A DNA stretch of 64,000 nucleotides from Candidatus Shapirobacteria bacterium (GTDB lineage: Bacteria > Patescibacteriota > Microgenomatia > UBA12405), in contig JACPHO010000002.1 of the NCBI GenBank assembly GCA_016188545.1, forward strand, positions 64,013 to 128,012, read 5' to 3'. The translations under genes and the position numbers were made by a program. Under the pieces are notes generated by a model, which ran no database searches, had not been told where the DNA came from, and was given only the letters and a program-made list of their open reading frames with translations. Positions 39,049-48,394 of the stretch are shown here, in pieces. Numbering within the stretch: position 1 is the first letter of the stretch; each line of letters starts with the position of its first letter.

Positions 39049-42000
39049 ATGCGCGATGGATTACCGGTGGCTTTAGTAAACGGATTGGGGCTTTTGGGGA
39101 CTTCTGGTTTGGTGGAAAAACTGAGCGAAAACGAGATGAAAGTAGTTGCTGTTGGTGAGTTTGAGTCGAGGTTGACAACAATGCCTTCGGTGGTTGTAAA
39201 AGGAGAAATACCAACTGACCTGAAGGGAGTAGATTATGTTTTTGACTTTATCGGAGAGCCAAGATTGTGGACAAAGTTAGTTGGGAGTGAGACTAGATTG
39301 ATGGTAATCGGTGTTAATGGGGAGGATGTGGCGGATTTGAGGGAGCTAGGGGGGAGTGTTAACTGGAGAGTGTTAAGGGCGCACGGGGTGTCAGGAAGGG
39401 GAAGAAATCTAAGTGCGTTAAACCAAGAGGTGGGTTTTTTGGTTCGAGCAATGGAACTGGCGGTAAAAAACCAAAACTTAGTACTGCCGGCAAGAAAATC
39501 CAACATAAGACTTTTAGGTGAACCGTCGTTTGTGGATGTAATGATGAGAGGGATGTTTTTGTCTAACACTCAGAATAATATTTTTGATGTTTGGGGTGAA
39601 GTTGTTGAGGTAGAAGATTTGGCCAAATGGCTGATTGATGAAGCTAAAATGACTCGGAGTAAGGTGTTGGAAAGCGAGGAACAACAACCATTACCTGAAG
39701 GTGAGATGGTAGAGGCTGAGTGGGGGAGGTTGAGGTGGAAACCAGGATCGGACGTGGGCATAACGGTGGCCCAAGCGCTGCAATACTTTTTTGCTAAGGC
39801 TGATGAAGAAAGCCGGAGGCCAAAAAGTGCACCTGAGATAAAGCCGGCCAAGTTTGAGGAAAAAGTAAATGTACCAAGAAGATTTGAGGTAGTAGTTGAG
39901 TCAGCTGTGGTAAGTGGAGATATTGAAGCGGTGGTGGAACATGAGGGGAACGGAGAACTGTTAACAGAGTCAGAAGTAATTGGAGCTGAGCCTGAAACAA
40001 TAGTAGAACCTGAAGCAGAGGTGGCAAAAGTAGTGCCGACTCCTAGGGTAGAAATCCAGGAAGATAGACACGATTCGATCGCGAAAATTATGAGGGAGGA
40101 GTATGGGGAGTCGCTGAAAAAAGAAGCGGTAAAACCGATAGAAATAACCCCATTTTTGGTAAAAAATTCTAACAGCCGTTTTGTGAAGCCACAGGAGGAT
40201 GAACTTACGGAAGTGATTGAAAAAGAAGAGCCAAGACTGGCGGCAAAACCCGTGCATGAAGAAAAAAAACTGGAAATATTAGAAAAAGTTACTAATAAAA
40301 CCTTGCCTTGGAAATGGCTGGCAGCAATGGGGATATCAATAATCACCGTAACTGTTTTGTTGTTGGTTTTTTGGGGAGTTGATAATTACCGCATGGTTAG
40401 GAGTATCTATGCAATTGCTCAAATGGCAAATGAAAAGAAATATGATGAGGCTTCGACCGTGGCTGGTGCGACTATAAAGCGGGTGTTGGCTAATCAAACA
40501 ATGGTAGATAAGTGGAAGTGGAATAGATGGGTGTGGGGAAGACGATATCAGGATCTGTTGAGAGTGGCTGAACAGGGATTGAAGCTGGAAACAGAAGTGG
40601 TGACTGTGGCCAAGAGGTCGGAGACAATAAATGCAGGAATGTTTAAGGAAAAGGACATCGACTGGAAGAAGGAGCTGGAAGGACTAAAGAAAGAGATGGA
40701 AGATGTGAGAGGGACGATGTCGATGTTATCAGCCAGAATGGCTGGGGACTGGTCGTGGATCCCGAATAGATGGAGGGGGGACTTTAATAATGCAAGAACA
40801 AAAGTAACGGAAATCAACGGAGTAATAGGAAAAGTGACCAGGGCAGTTGACTTTTTACCGGAAATGTTGGGAACTGACGGGAAGAGAAGAGAGTTTATGG
40901 TTCTATTACAGAACGAAAGTGAAATTCGTCCGGGAGGTGGATTTATTGGTTCGTACGGAATATTGAGTTTTGAAAATGGAAAATTGCTCAACTTTGAGAT
41001 AAGCGATATTTATGAGGCGGATGGGCAACTGAAGGGACATGTGGAACCACCGGCAGCGATTAAAAAATATTTGGGAGAAGCAAAGTGGTACATGAGAGAT
41101 GCAAATTGGCAGGCTGATTTTGGAATGTCGGCGAAAGACATCCAGTGGTTTATGGAAAAAGAGACGGGTAGAAAAGTGGATGGTGTAATTGGAGTGGACC
41201 TGGCGGTGGCAAAAGCAATTCTGGGTGTAACTGGGGAGATCTATGTGCCGGACTTTAAAGAAAAAATTAATAAAAATAACTTATATGAACAGGCAGAATT
41301 TTATTCAGAGACAAAATTTTTCCCTGGATCAAAGCAAAAAGCCAGTTTTTTAGGTGGTTTGGGGCGACAACTGTTTGAGGAAATAAAGAATCTTAAGGGT
41401 GAGCAGAGATTAAAGATGGTACTAGCACTGGTAGACATGATGGAGAGAAATGAAATCCAAATTGCCTTGACCAATGAACCAGCGGCAAAGGTGGTGGCAG
41501 AATTGGGGTGGAATGGAGCATTGTACGAAGGAAAATGTGCGGTTGATCGCTGTTTTGCAGATTATTTGTACGTGGTGGAGGCTAACTTGGGGGTTAATAA
41601 AGCCAATTATTTTTTGTATCGAAGTATTGATCAGACGATTGATATAGGAACTCAGACTATTGGGCGGGTGGTAAAAATTAGCTACGAAAATACGGCAAAA
41701 AACAACAGCTGGCCGGGAGGTGATTATAAGAATTATGTGAGGATGTATATTCCTTCAAGCGCAAACTTAGCTGAGGTGAGCGTGACTGATATGGAGGCAA
41801 ACGGAGTAAAAACAATATTTTCTGGAGAAAGCTTGGATGTCTCAACTAGCAGAGGTAAAAAAGAAATAGGTTTTTTAGTAGTAGTACCGGCGGGGAAGAA
41901 GCGAATGGTGGAGGTAAGGTATGTAGATCAAGTTGATCTGACAAAAAAGGAAAAATTTTCCTATCTACACTACATTCAAAGGCAACCAGGGTATGGTGAT

Positions 42001-42144
42001 ACTGGCCTAGTCTCTTTGGTTACTCTACCAACTGGATGGCAAGTAAATCAGGTGGAGCCGGCGGCGAGTATGGTTGGGGAGAAATTATTGTTTAATCAAA
42101 AATTGGATAGAGATATAAAGCTAGGAGTTGAAATTTCAAAATAA
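39049..42144 (+). CDS. DUF4012 protein with degenerate NAD-epimerase-like N-terminus
   Basis: LLQNESEIRPGGGFIGS, MRDANW, NLGVNKAN; N-terminal ALVNG..G..G fold remnant and acidic linker before TM. Confidence 0.85.
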   Translation: MRDGLPVALVNGLGLLGTSGLVEKLSENEMKVVAVGEFESRLTTMPSVVVKGEIPTDLKGVDYVFDFIGEPRLWTKLVGSETRLMVIGVNGEDVADLRELGGSVNWRVLRAHGVSGRGRNLSALNQEVGFLVRAMELAVKNQNLVLPARKSNIRLLGEPSFVDVMMRGMFLSNTQNNIFDVWGEVVEVEDLAKWLIDEAKMTRSKVLESEEQQPLPEGEMVEAEWGRLRWKPGSDVGITVAQALQYFFAKADEESRRPKSAPEIKPAKFEEKVNVPRRFEVVVESAVVSGDIEAVVEHEGNGELLTESEVIGAEPETIVEPEAEVAKVVPTPRVEIQEDRHDSIAKIMREEYGESLKKEAVKPIEITPFLVKNSNSRFVKPQEDELTEVIEKEEPRLAAKPVHEEKKLEILEKVTNKTLPWKWLAAMGISIITVTVLLLVFWGVDNYRMVRSIYAIAQMANEKKYDEASTVAGATIKRVLANQTMVDKWKWNRWVWGRRYQDLLRVAEQGLKLETEVVTVAKRSETINAGMFKEKDIDWKKELEGLKKEMEDVRGTMSMLSARMAGDWSWIPNRWRGDFNNARTKVTEINGVIGKVTRAVDFLPEMLGTDGKRREFMVLLQNESEIRPGGGFIGSYGILSFENGKLLNFEISDIYEADGQLKGHVEPPAAIKKYLGEAKWYMRDANWQADFGMSAKDIQWFMEKETGRKVDGVIGVDLAVAKAILGVTGEIYVPDFKEKINKNNLYEQAEFYSETKFFPGSKQKASFLGGLGRQLFEEIKNLKGEQRLKMVLALVDMMERNEIQIALTNEPAAKVVAELGWNGALYEGKCAVDRCFADYLYVVEANLGVNKANYFLYRSIDQTIDIGTQTIGRVVKISYENTAKNNSWPGGDYKNYVRMYIPSSANLAEVSVTDMEANGVKTIFSGESLDVSTSRGKKEIGFLVVVPAGKKRMVEVRYVDQVDLTKKEKFSYLHYIQRQPGYGDTGLVSLVTLPTGWQVNQVEPAASMVGEKLLFNQKLDRDIKLGVEISK

Positions 42145-42240
42145 TGATCAATCTCTCGATAACATTTTTTCTCGCTAGTCAATGTGCAACGCACGTTGAA
42201 GGCTTCGAAAAAAACATTATCATCGAGATCGATATTATTT
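42138..42240 (+). repeat. Structured dispersed element, copy 2
   Basis: Same core as copy 1 with long complementary flanks. Confidence 0.85.
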
Positions 42241-42341
42241 AAATGAAAATTTCTAACTCCTAACTTCTAAAATAAAAATTCAAAAGTAAAAAGTAAAAAC
42301 ATAGACTTGAAAATTAACTTCCAATTTCCAAACAAACAACA

Positions 42342-42662
42342 ATGACCAATGACCAAAACCTCAAAAAAAACTTCATTAGGAAGAAGGAAGATTTTGTGTG
42401 CGAGCATTGTGGAGAATTGGTGGTGGGAGATGGATATACTGATCATTGTCCAAAATGTTTGTGGGCAAAACATGTGGATCGATTAATTCCTGGGGATCGG
42501 GAAAGTGACTGCAAGGGGATGATGGAACCAATTGGGACAAAATTCAAAATTCAAAATTCAAAATTCAAAATAAATTACAGATGTAATAGATGTGGGCATG
42601 AGTTTGGAGTGAGAGAGGGGAAGGGGGATGATAGAGAGAAGTTGATGGGGCTAATGTTATAA
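42342..42662 (+). CDS. RNHCP-domain zinc-binding protein
   Basis: FVCEHCG, YTDHCPKCLWAKHVD, PGDR, C..CG. Confidence 0.88.
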   Translation: MTNDQNLKKNFIRKKEDFVCEHCGELVVGDGYTDHCPKCLWAKHVDRLIPGDRESDCKGMMEPIGTKFKIQNSKFKINYRCNRCGHEFGVREGKGDDREKLMGLML

Positions 42663-42672
42663 TCGGAAAAAT

Positions 42673-42918
42673 ATGACAAGATCAAGAAAGAGCACGATGA
42701 GTGAGTTGGTGGATCGTAGTCCAGGTCTGGTTTTTACAGCGACAACCAAATATTTAGTAGATGATGAGTTATCTTCTGAATTGAGGCCAAAGGCAGTGGA
42801 AATTCGTAAAAGGGCAGCTTCGAAGTTGGGAGTAGGCTGGCTTACTAATCCAGAAACATCGGCACTAGAAAGAAAAGAGAAGGGTGTAAGGTTGATTCTT
42901 GAAGACTGCGGAGTATAA
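42673..42918 (+). CDS. Hypothetical protein
   Basis: 81 aa ATG ORF co-oriented with neighbours. Confidence 0.45.
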   Translation: MTRSRKSTMSELVDRSPGLVFTATTKYLVDDELSSELRPKAVEIRKRAASKLGVGWLTNPETSALERKEKGVRLILEDCGV

Positions 42919-42993
42919 ACGGTTAAATTGCGGTTATTGGATAGGGTGATTTTTTTAGAAATTTGACAGGTGTTCAATGGTATAATCCTACGC

Positions 42994-44958
42994 ATGCAAA
43001 ATAAAGAGAGTATTTGGAAAAAAATTGTAAAGATACTGGGAATAGGTTCAAAGAAAGCCGAAAAAGAGAAAGATAGTGGTATACCGGATGAGGTAATGAA
43101 GAATCTGCCTCCAGGGGTGAAAATAAAGAGAATTGAAATAGGGCCGTCGCAAATAATGAAGGGGATACTTTACGTAGTAATAATTTATTGGACTCTAACA
43201 GTACTAAAACAAGTCTTCTTGCCGGAAGAAATTGTAAAAGCACCACTGTCACAAGTGGTTGAGGTAATTAAGAAAAATGAAGCGGAAGAAATAACGGTGA
43301 TGGATAATGAGATTGTTGTAAAGCTGAAAAATGAGGGGAAATTATTGGTATCGTCAAAGGAACCCTCAACTTCAATGGCGGAGTTGTTGCAAAGAGAAGG
43401 AGTCGACGTGGCTAGCGTCAAGTTTAGTGTTGAGAATAGAACTGGCTGGAAGATGTTTTTGGAAATATTTGGAACACTAATATCAATTGGGTTGCCAATA
43501 CTATTTATCATCTGGTTTTTTGGGCGACAGCAAGGAGGGGCAGGAGGAATCTTTGGCTTTGGGAAATCGACCGCCAAACTATTTATTAAAGGTAAACAAA
43601 ACTTAACATTTAAGGATGTGGCTGGGGTTACGGAAGCTAAAAAAGACCTGGAAGAAATTGTTGATTTTTTGAAACATCCGGAAAAATACAGAAAAATGGG
43701 AGCAAGGGCACCTAAGGGGGTACTGTTGGTTGGACCGGCGGGGGTGGGAAAAACACTTCTGGCCAAGGCGGTAGCGGGAGAGGCGAATGTGCCTTTTTAT
43801 GCAATGGCTGGTTCGGAATTTATGGAAATGTTGGTGGGAGTTGGAGCTTCTAGAGTTCGAGATCTGTTTGGGACTGCTAAAAAAGCAGGTAAGGCAATTA
43901 TTTTTATTGATGAAATCGACGCTATTGGGAGAATGAGAGGTGGACTTGAAGGGGGACATGGAGAAAGGGAGCAAACATTAAATCAAATTTTGGTAGAAAT
44001 GGATGGTTTTGAGGCAAATACTGCGGTAGTAGTATTGGCGGCAACTAATCGAGGAGATCTGTTGGATTCGGCATTACTTCGTCCGGGTAGATTTGATCGA
44101 AGGGTGATGTTGGAAATGCCAGACTTGGCAGCGCGTGAAGATATCATAAAGATTCATGCTAAGGGCAAACCTTTTGGTAAATCGGTCCGTTGGCCGGCAG
44201 TGGCAAGAAGAACAGTAGGGTTTTCAGGAGCTGATCTGGAAAATATGCTAAACGAGTCGGCAATTAAAGCAGCGAGGGAGAATAAAACAAAAATCGAAAT
44301 GGTAGATATTGAAGAGGCAGCCTTGAAGGCAAAACTTGGCTCGGAAAAGAAAAGGGAACAGTCTGATGAGGATAAATTAATGACGGCTTATCATGAGGCG
44401 GGACATGCAATCGTAAACTATGTGGAGGGATTGGACCCGGTTCACCGGATTTCGATCGTTTCACGAGGAATGGCACTGGGATTTACATTGATTCCACCAC
44501 AGAAAGATAGGGTTCACGAAACAAGGTCAAGATTGGTAAAACAGATGGCAATGGCAATGGGTGGAAGAGCGGCTGAAGAAATTATATTTAAAGATATTAC
44601 AACGGGAGCTAGTAGTGACATTAGTCATGTAACCAATATTGCCAGAAATATGGTGGTGGATTGGGGAATGTCAGAACTGGGACCAGTAAATTATGGACCA
44701 CAGATGGATATAAGTGAAATGGGTAGAGCGTGGATGGAGCCGGCCAAAATATCTGATGGAATGCAACAGAAAGTTGACGATGAAATTAAAAAATTCGTTA
44801 ATATCGCATTGGATAGGGCTAGAGAAATCCTTAAGAAGGAACGTAAAAAGATGGATGAGCTGGCTAAAGTGTTAATGATCAAGGAAAGCTTGGATGATGT
44901 GGAGTTTGAAGAGTTGATGTCTAAAGAAGTAAAGCCAAAAGTAAAAAGTAAAAAGTAA
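42994..44958 (+). CDS. ftsH: ATP-dependent zinc metalloprotease
   Basis: GPAGVGKT, FIDEID, ALLRPGRFDR, HEAGH. Confidence 0.97.
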   Translation: MQNKESIWKKIVKILGIGSKKAEKEKDSGIPDEVMKNLPPGVKIKRIEIGPSQIMKGILYVVIIYWTLTVLKQVFLPEEIVKAPLSQVVEVIKKNEAEEITVMDNEIVVKLKNEGKLLVSSKEPSTSMAELLQREGVDVASVKFSVENRTGWKMFLEIFGTLISIGLPILFIIWFFGRQQGGAGGIFGFGKSTAKLFIKGKQNLTFKDVAGVTEAKKDLEEIVDFLKHPEKYRKMGARAPKGVLLVGPAGVGKTLLAKAVAGEANVPFYAMAGSEFMEMLVGVGASRVRDLFGTAKKAGKAIIFIDEIDAIGRMRGGLEGGHGEREQTLNQILVEMDGFEANTAVVVLAATNRGDLLDSALLRPGRFDRRVMLEMPDLAAREDIIKIHAKGKPFGKSVRWPAVARRTVGFSGADLENMLNESAIKAARENKTKIEMVDIEEAALKAKLGSEKKREQSDEDKLMTAYHEAGHAIVNYVEGLDPVHRISIVSRGMALGFTLIPPQKDRVHETRSRLVKQMAMAMGGRAAEEIIFKDITTGASSDISHVTNIARNMVVDWGMSELGPVNYGPQMDISEMGRAWMEPAKISDGMQQKVDDEIKKFVNIALDRAREILKKERKKMDELAKVLMIKESLDDVEFEELMSKEVKPKVKSKK

Positions 44959-44962
44959 AAAA

Positions 44963-44998
44963 CTATTTTGCTTGTTCTTCGAGATTGATTATCCGTTG
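44963..44998 (-). pseudogene. Duplicate 3' end of the neighbouring gene (QRIINLEEQAK*)
   Basis: Matches QRIINLEEQT* at 45035-45067 with synonymous differences. Confidence 0.8.
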
Positions 44999-45029
44999 CC
45001 ATCCTGCGCTAAAGCTACGGACTGGTAAA
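44998..45029. repeat. REP-like palindrome
   Basis: GCCATCCTGCGCTAAAGCTACGGACTGGTAAA; near-identical ends to 38977-39011. Confidence 0.8.
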
Positions 45030-45034
45030 GAGGA

Positions 45035-46726
45035 CTATGTTTGTTCCTCTAAATTAATTATGCGTTGGAGTATCGATAGTGTTCCTAAATATACAGGTTC
45101 GGCACCATTGAGCTGAAGGCTTCCGGTTCCTAAATTCTTGGCCTTGGAATAGGGAGTGTCGCTTGTGTAATTGATGATACCGACATCAAATGGTGCCTGG
45201 TGTAAATCAACAATGGAATTTCTGGGAAATTGTTGATCGTAGGTGGCTTCGGAAATAGCGGAAAGATAGGGACCTGATTCCATTTCAATAATAGTTAGAT
45301 TATTGTCGAAATATTTTTTGAGGAGGGCTTCATTTTCGAGAAATGTGCCGAGGACTGAAACAGCTTTTTGATTGGTCAAAATAGATCCTTGGTTGTTGGA
45401 AAATGGAAAAAAGGTGTTGAAACAGTTGTTAAACATGTAGGTATTTTGAGTGTGTTCGTCAAAAACCACTTTGGGCACTTCAACATCACCTAATTCTGAG
45501 TTTAGAACAGCTGCTTTTCCGAGGACGTAGACACCATTGAGCTGGTAAACGTTTTCGAGGACTTCATTGAGGATGTGATAGGCAGCAAAACCCAAGGGGT
45601 AGTCAATGTTGAAGATCAGAGCTTTGGAACGAGCAATGCGGCGACGATCTTTGATAGAAATTTGAGGAGAAAGATATTTTGATTTGACTAAGTTTTTTAG
45701 TGGAAATATCTGAACGTTAATATCAAGGATGTGAGATGAGGGAATGGTTATGACATCAAGTTGCTTTTGGAGGTCGGAATGCATTTTTTTGAGAATGGGG
45801 TCGTTGGCATAAAATTTGGAAACATAGAAGAGAAAATCAGGTTCGGGAAGGGAATTGTTGCCGGCTTGAATTTGTTGCCAGAGTTCATATAACTGGGGTC
45901 GATCTTTTTTTATTTTTGAGATGAGAATGTTTTTGGCTTTGATGGGAAATCCGGTGAAAAGATTGAGTAAACTATGGGTGTTGCTACTAACAAAGTAGAT
46001 GGAACTTTTGGACATGTGGATGGGGGATTTGGTAGTGGAGTGAGAAACAGTGGAAGCAACGTTTTTCCACCATCTTTGAACTGTTTTGGTGTAGTCAATC
46101 CATGAGCCAGCTAAGAGGCGGATGCGGAGGTCGTGAAATTTTTCATAGATAGTAAAAAAGCGTTTTTGAAAGTCTTGGCCAAGGGCGGAAGTGAAATTGG
46201 ACCAGTCTTCGGGGGTGGCGTTAAGATCCTGGGCAATTTTGCCGGATTTAACGGCGGTACGGAATTCTTTGATGGTTTTGTATTTTTCTACGAAAATAAG
46301 GTGGAGTTTGTTCCACTCAACTTGGTAGGCAATAAGGTTGTTGATGATATCGTCCACGTCAGATATTGACCCGATTAGGCTAGCGATGATTCCGGAGCTA
46401 ATATTAACAAAGTTGGTGCGGCGGCGGGCGGGGGAGGGGCATTGGGGCCAGGTGTCGATGTGAGGAAACCCATGTTGGGAAAAAACATCGGGGTTTTGGC
46501 CCATAACAACTAAATTGAGGTGATCAATTTCACTGGGGAGTCGTAATAGAGAATATACGAGGGCGGAAAAGTCGATGACTGCGGGGTTTTCACCGTAGGG
46601 ATGGAGAATTGATTCTAGTCGATTGTGAGGATTGGTAAGAGAATTGATGGTAATCTCGAGATTACTTTTGAGGGCACTGCGATAAGATCTAACGTGAAAT
46701 TCGATGTCGTTGATGGTGGCGGGCAT
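45035..46726 (-). CDS. Conserved protein with nucleoside phosphorylase-like C-terminus (DUF6909-like)
   Basis: SSNTHS, NIDYPLG, GKAA, EMES, YTSD pattern; family name from memory. Confidence 0.6.
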   Translation of the reverse strand: MPATINDIEFHVRSYRSALKSNLEITINSLTNPHNRLESILHPYGENPAVIDFSALVYSLLRLPSEIDHLNLVVMGQNPDVFSQHGFPHIDTWPQCPSPARRRTNFVNISSGIIASLIGSISDVDDIINNLIAYQVEWNKLHLIFVEKYKTIKEFRTAVKSGKIAQDLNATPEDWSNFTSALGQDFQKRFFTIYEKFHDLRIRLLAGSWIDYTKTVQRWWKNVASTVSHSTTKSPIHMSKSSIYFVSSNTHSLLNLFTGFPIKAKNILISKIKKDRPQLYELWQQIQAGNNSLPEPDFLFYVSKFYANDPILKKMHSDLQKQLDVITIPSSHILDINVQIFPLKNLVKSKYLSPQISIKDRRRIARSKALIFNIDYPLGFAAYHILNEVLENVYQLNGVYVLGKAAVLNSELGDVEVPKVVFDEHTQNTYMFNNCFNTFFPFSNNQGSILTNQKAVSVLGTFLENEALLKKYFDNNLTIIEMESGPYLSAISEATYDQQFPRNSIVDLHQAPFDVGIINYTSDTPYSKAKNLGTGSLQLNGAEPVYLGTLSILQRIINLEEQT

Positions 46727-46832
46727 ACCTTAGAAAAAAATTTTCAATTTTTAATTTTTAATCAATTTCCAATTTTTATATTTTAAAATTTAAAAAACAG
46801 AATGCGATTTGGTAGGTAAGATTATACAGGAT

Positions 46833-46930
46833 CGTAAAACGTAATATGTAACACGTAAAACGTAATACGTAACATGTAACACGTAATACGCAATCAGTAA
46901 AATGTAACAAGTAACAAGTAACAAGAAACT
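46833..46930. repeat. Tandem heptamer array, about 14 units of NGTAANA
   Basis: cgtaaaa cgtaata tgtaaca cgtaaaa cgtaata cgtaaca tgtaaca ... Confidence 0.9.
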
Positions 46931-47108
46931 GGAAATTGGTTGTTTAAAAGACAAACGTGGTTAGAGAGAAAATATATAGGATCCACCTACGCAATGCTAT
47001 GGCGGACAAGTAAAATTGAAGCAGGAATAAGTTCAGACGTTTATTTTTTTTGGTGATTTTAGTACTTTGATCGTTGACATAACAATGATTCTAGTACTAA
47101 AATATGAT

Positions 47109-48329
47109 ATGAAAATAACAAATAGAGATGATTTTGAGAGAATTTTGCCAACAAAGGTAATTAATAGAAAAATTCACAGTGAATTTATTGAAAGTATGGA
47201 TCGGGAAGAAGTGAGCATTTTGTATGGGGCTAGACAGGTGGGAAAAAGTGTGGAGGTGTGGCAAACAATAAAGGAACTGTTTGACAGGGGTCCGTCCGAA
47301 GTATTTTATTATAACTTTGATGAAATACCGAGTGATGCAAATAATCCAGATGTATTTTTGAATTCTATTTTATCCCAAATGACGACTAAAAAATGTTTTG
47401 TCTTTATTGACGAGGCACAAAGAAAAACAGATGTGGGGAAATGGATAAAATATATGTACGATCAAAAAAAGGGGATTAAATGGGTATTGACTGGGTCGGC
47501 CTCATTGGAACTGAAAAATAAAACAAAAGAATCGCTTGTGGGGAGAAAAATTGAGTTTTACTTGAGTTCACTTGATTTGATGGAAATATTGGGTGATATG
47601 AACATTGATGTTAAGAATATTACGGGAAGATTCGAAAAACTGGACCAGATAGTTGAAGAATACCTGCGGTTTGGTGGGTATCCTGGAGTTTACCAACAAG
47701 TTAGCGCAATAAATAAAATCGAAAAATTAACAGAAGTCGCGGAGACTTATTTGATTTCTGATTTGGCAAACATGTATGGAATTCAAAATAAAGATAGTTT
47801 GAGGCTGGTGGCGAGTTTTGTGGGAGAAAACGTGGGAAGTGTGCTGAGTAAAGATAATATCGCTAAAGTAACAGCTTTGAAAAAAAATGAGGTAGAAAAA
47901 GTACTTGAGGCGTTGGAAGGAGGGTTTGTAGTGAGAAAAATAAAGACTTTTTCAACTGATAGTACAAAAGAGTTGATACATCGTCCAAAAGTATTTTTTG
48001 AAGATTTGGGGATTAGAAATGCATTATTACGGAAACTTGAAGAGGGAAGATTGATGACTGAAAAAGGGAAATTGTGGGAAAATCTGGTGGTAAATTTGGC
48101 GGCAAATAAATGGGGGTGGAGAAATATTCGATATTGGCGGACTATAAATCAGACGGAGGTTGATGTGGTGGTAGTAAAAGATAATGGAAGACTGGAGGTA
48201 ATCGAGGCAAAGTATTCGACGATAGAATATATACCTAAAAATGTAGCCAGTTTTAGTGAGAAATACAGAGATTTGGTAGATAATGTAACAATTGTGAGCC
48301 GAGATAACTGGTGGGGGATGTTGAGTTAA
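47109..48329 (+). CDS. AAA_14 ATPase with DUF4143 domain
   Basis: GARQVGKS, FIDEAQ, LTGS, GGYP, DLG, WEN, EVD...EAK. Confidence 0.9.
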   Translation: MKITNRDDFERILPTKVINRKIHSEFIESMDREEVSILYGARQVGKSVEVWQTIKELFDRGPSEVFYYNFDEIPSDANNPDVFLNSILSQMTTKKCFVFIDEAQRKTDVGKWIKYMYDQKKGIKWVLTGSASLELKNKTKESLVGRKIEFYLSSLDLMEILGDMNIDVKNITGRFEKLDQIVEEYLRFGGYPGVYQQVSAINKIEKLTEVAETYLISDLANMYGIQNKDSLRLVASFVGENVGSVLSKDNIAKVTALKKNEVEKVLEALEGGFVVRKIKTFSTDSTKELIHRPKVFFEDLGIRNALLRKLEEGRLMTEKGKLWENLVVNLAANKWGWRNIRYWRTINQTEVDVVVVKDNGRLEVIEAKYSTIEYIPKNVASFSEKYRDLVDNVTIVSRDNWWGMLS

Positions 48330-48394
48330 AAAATTAATATAGGATAAAATTGAAGCTGGAATAGATAGGGTTGGAGTGATATAATTTCGGATAT

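Noticed and set aside
15242-45037. TAG recoding suggested by in-frame TAGs at 15242 and 45035
   Set aside because: TAG ends several genes at expected positions (virB4, yidD, O-antigen ligase) and long conserved genes have no internal TAG
44963-45067. DGR template/variable repeat pair
   Set aside because: Only about 30 nt, differences are not adenine-specific, and no reverse transcriptase is present
46833-46930. CRISPR array
   Set aside because: Contiguous 7-mers with no spacers; no cas genes in the window
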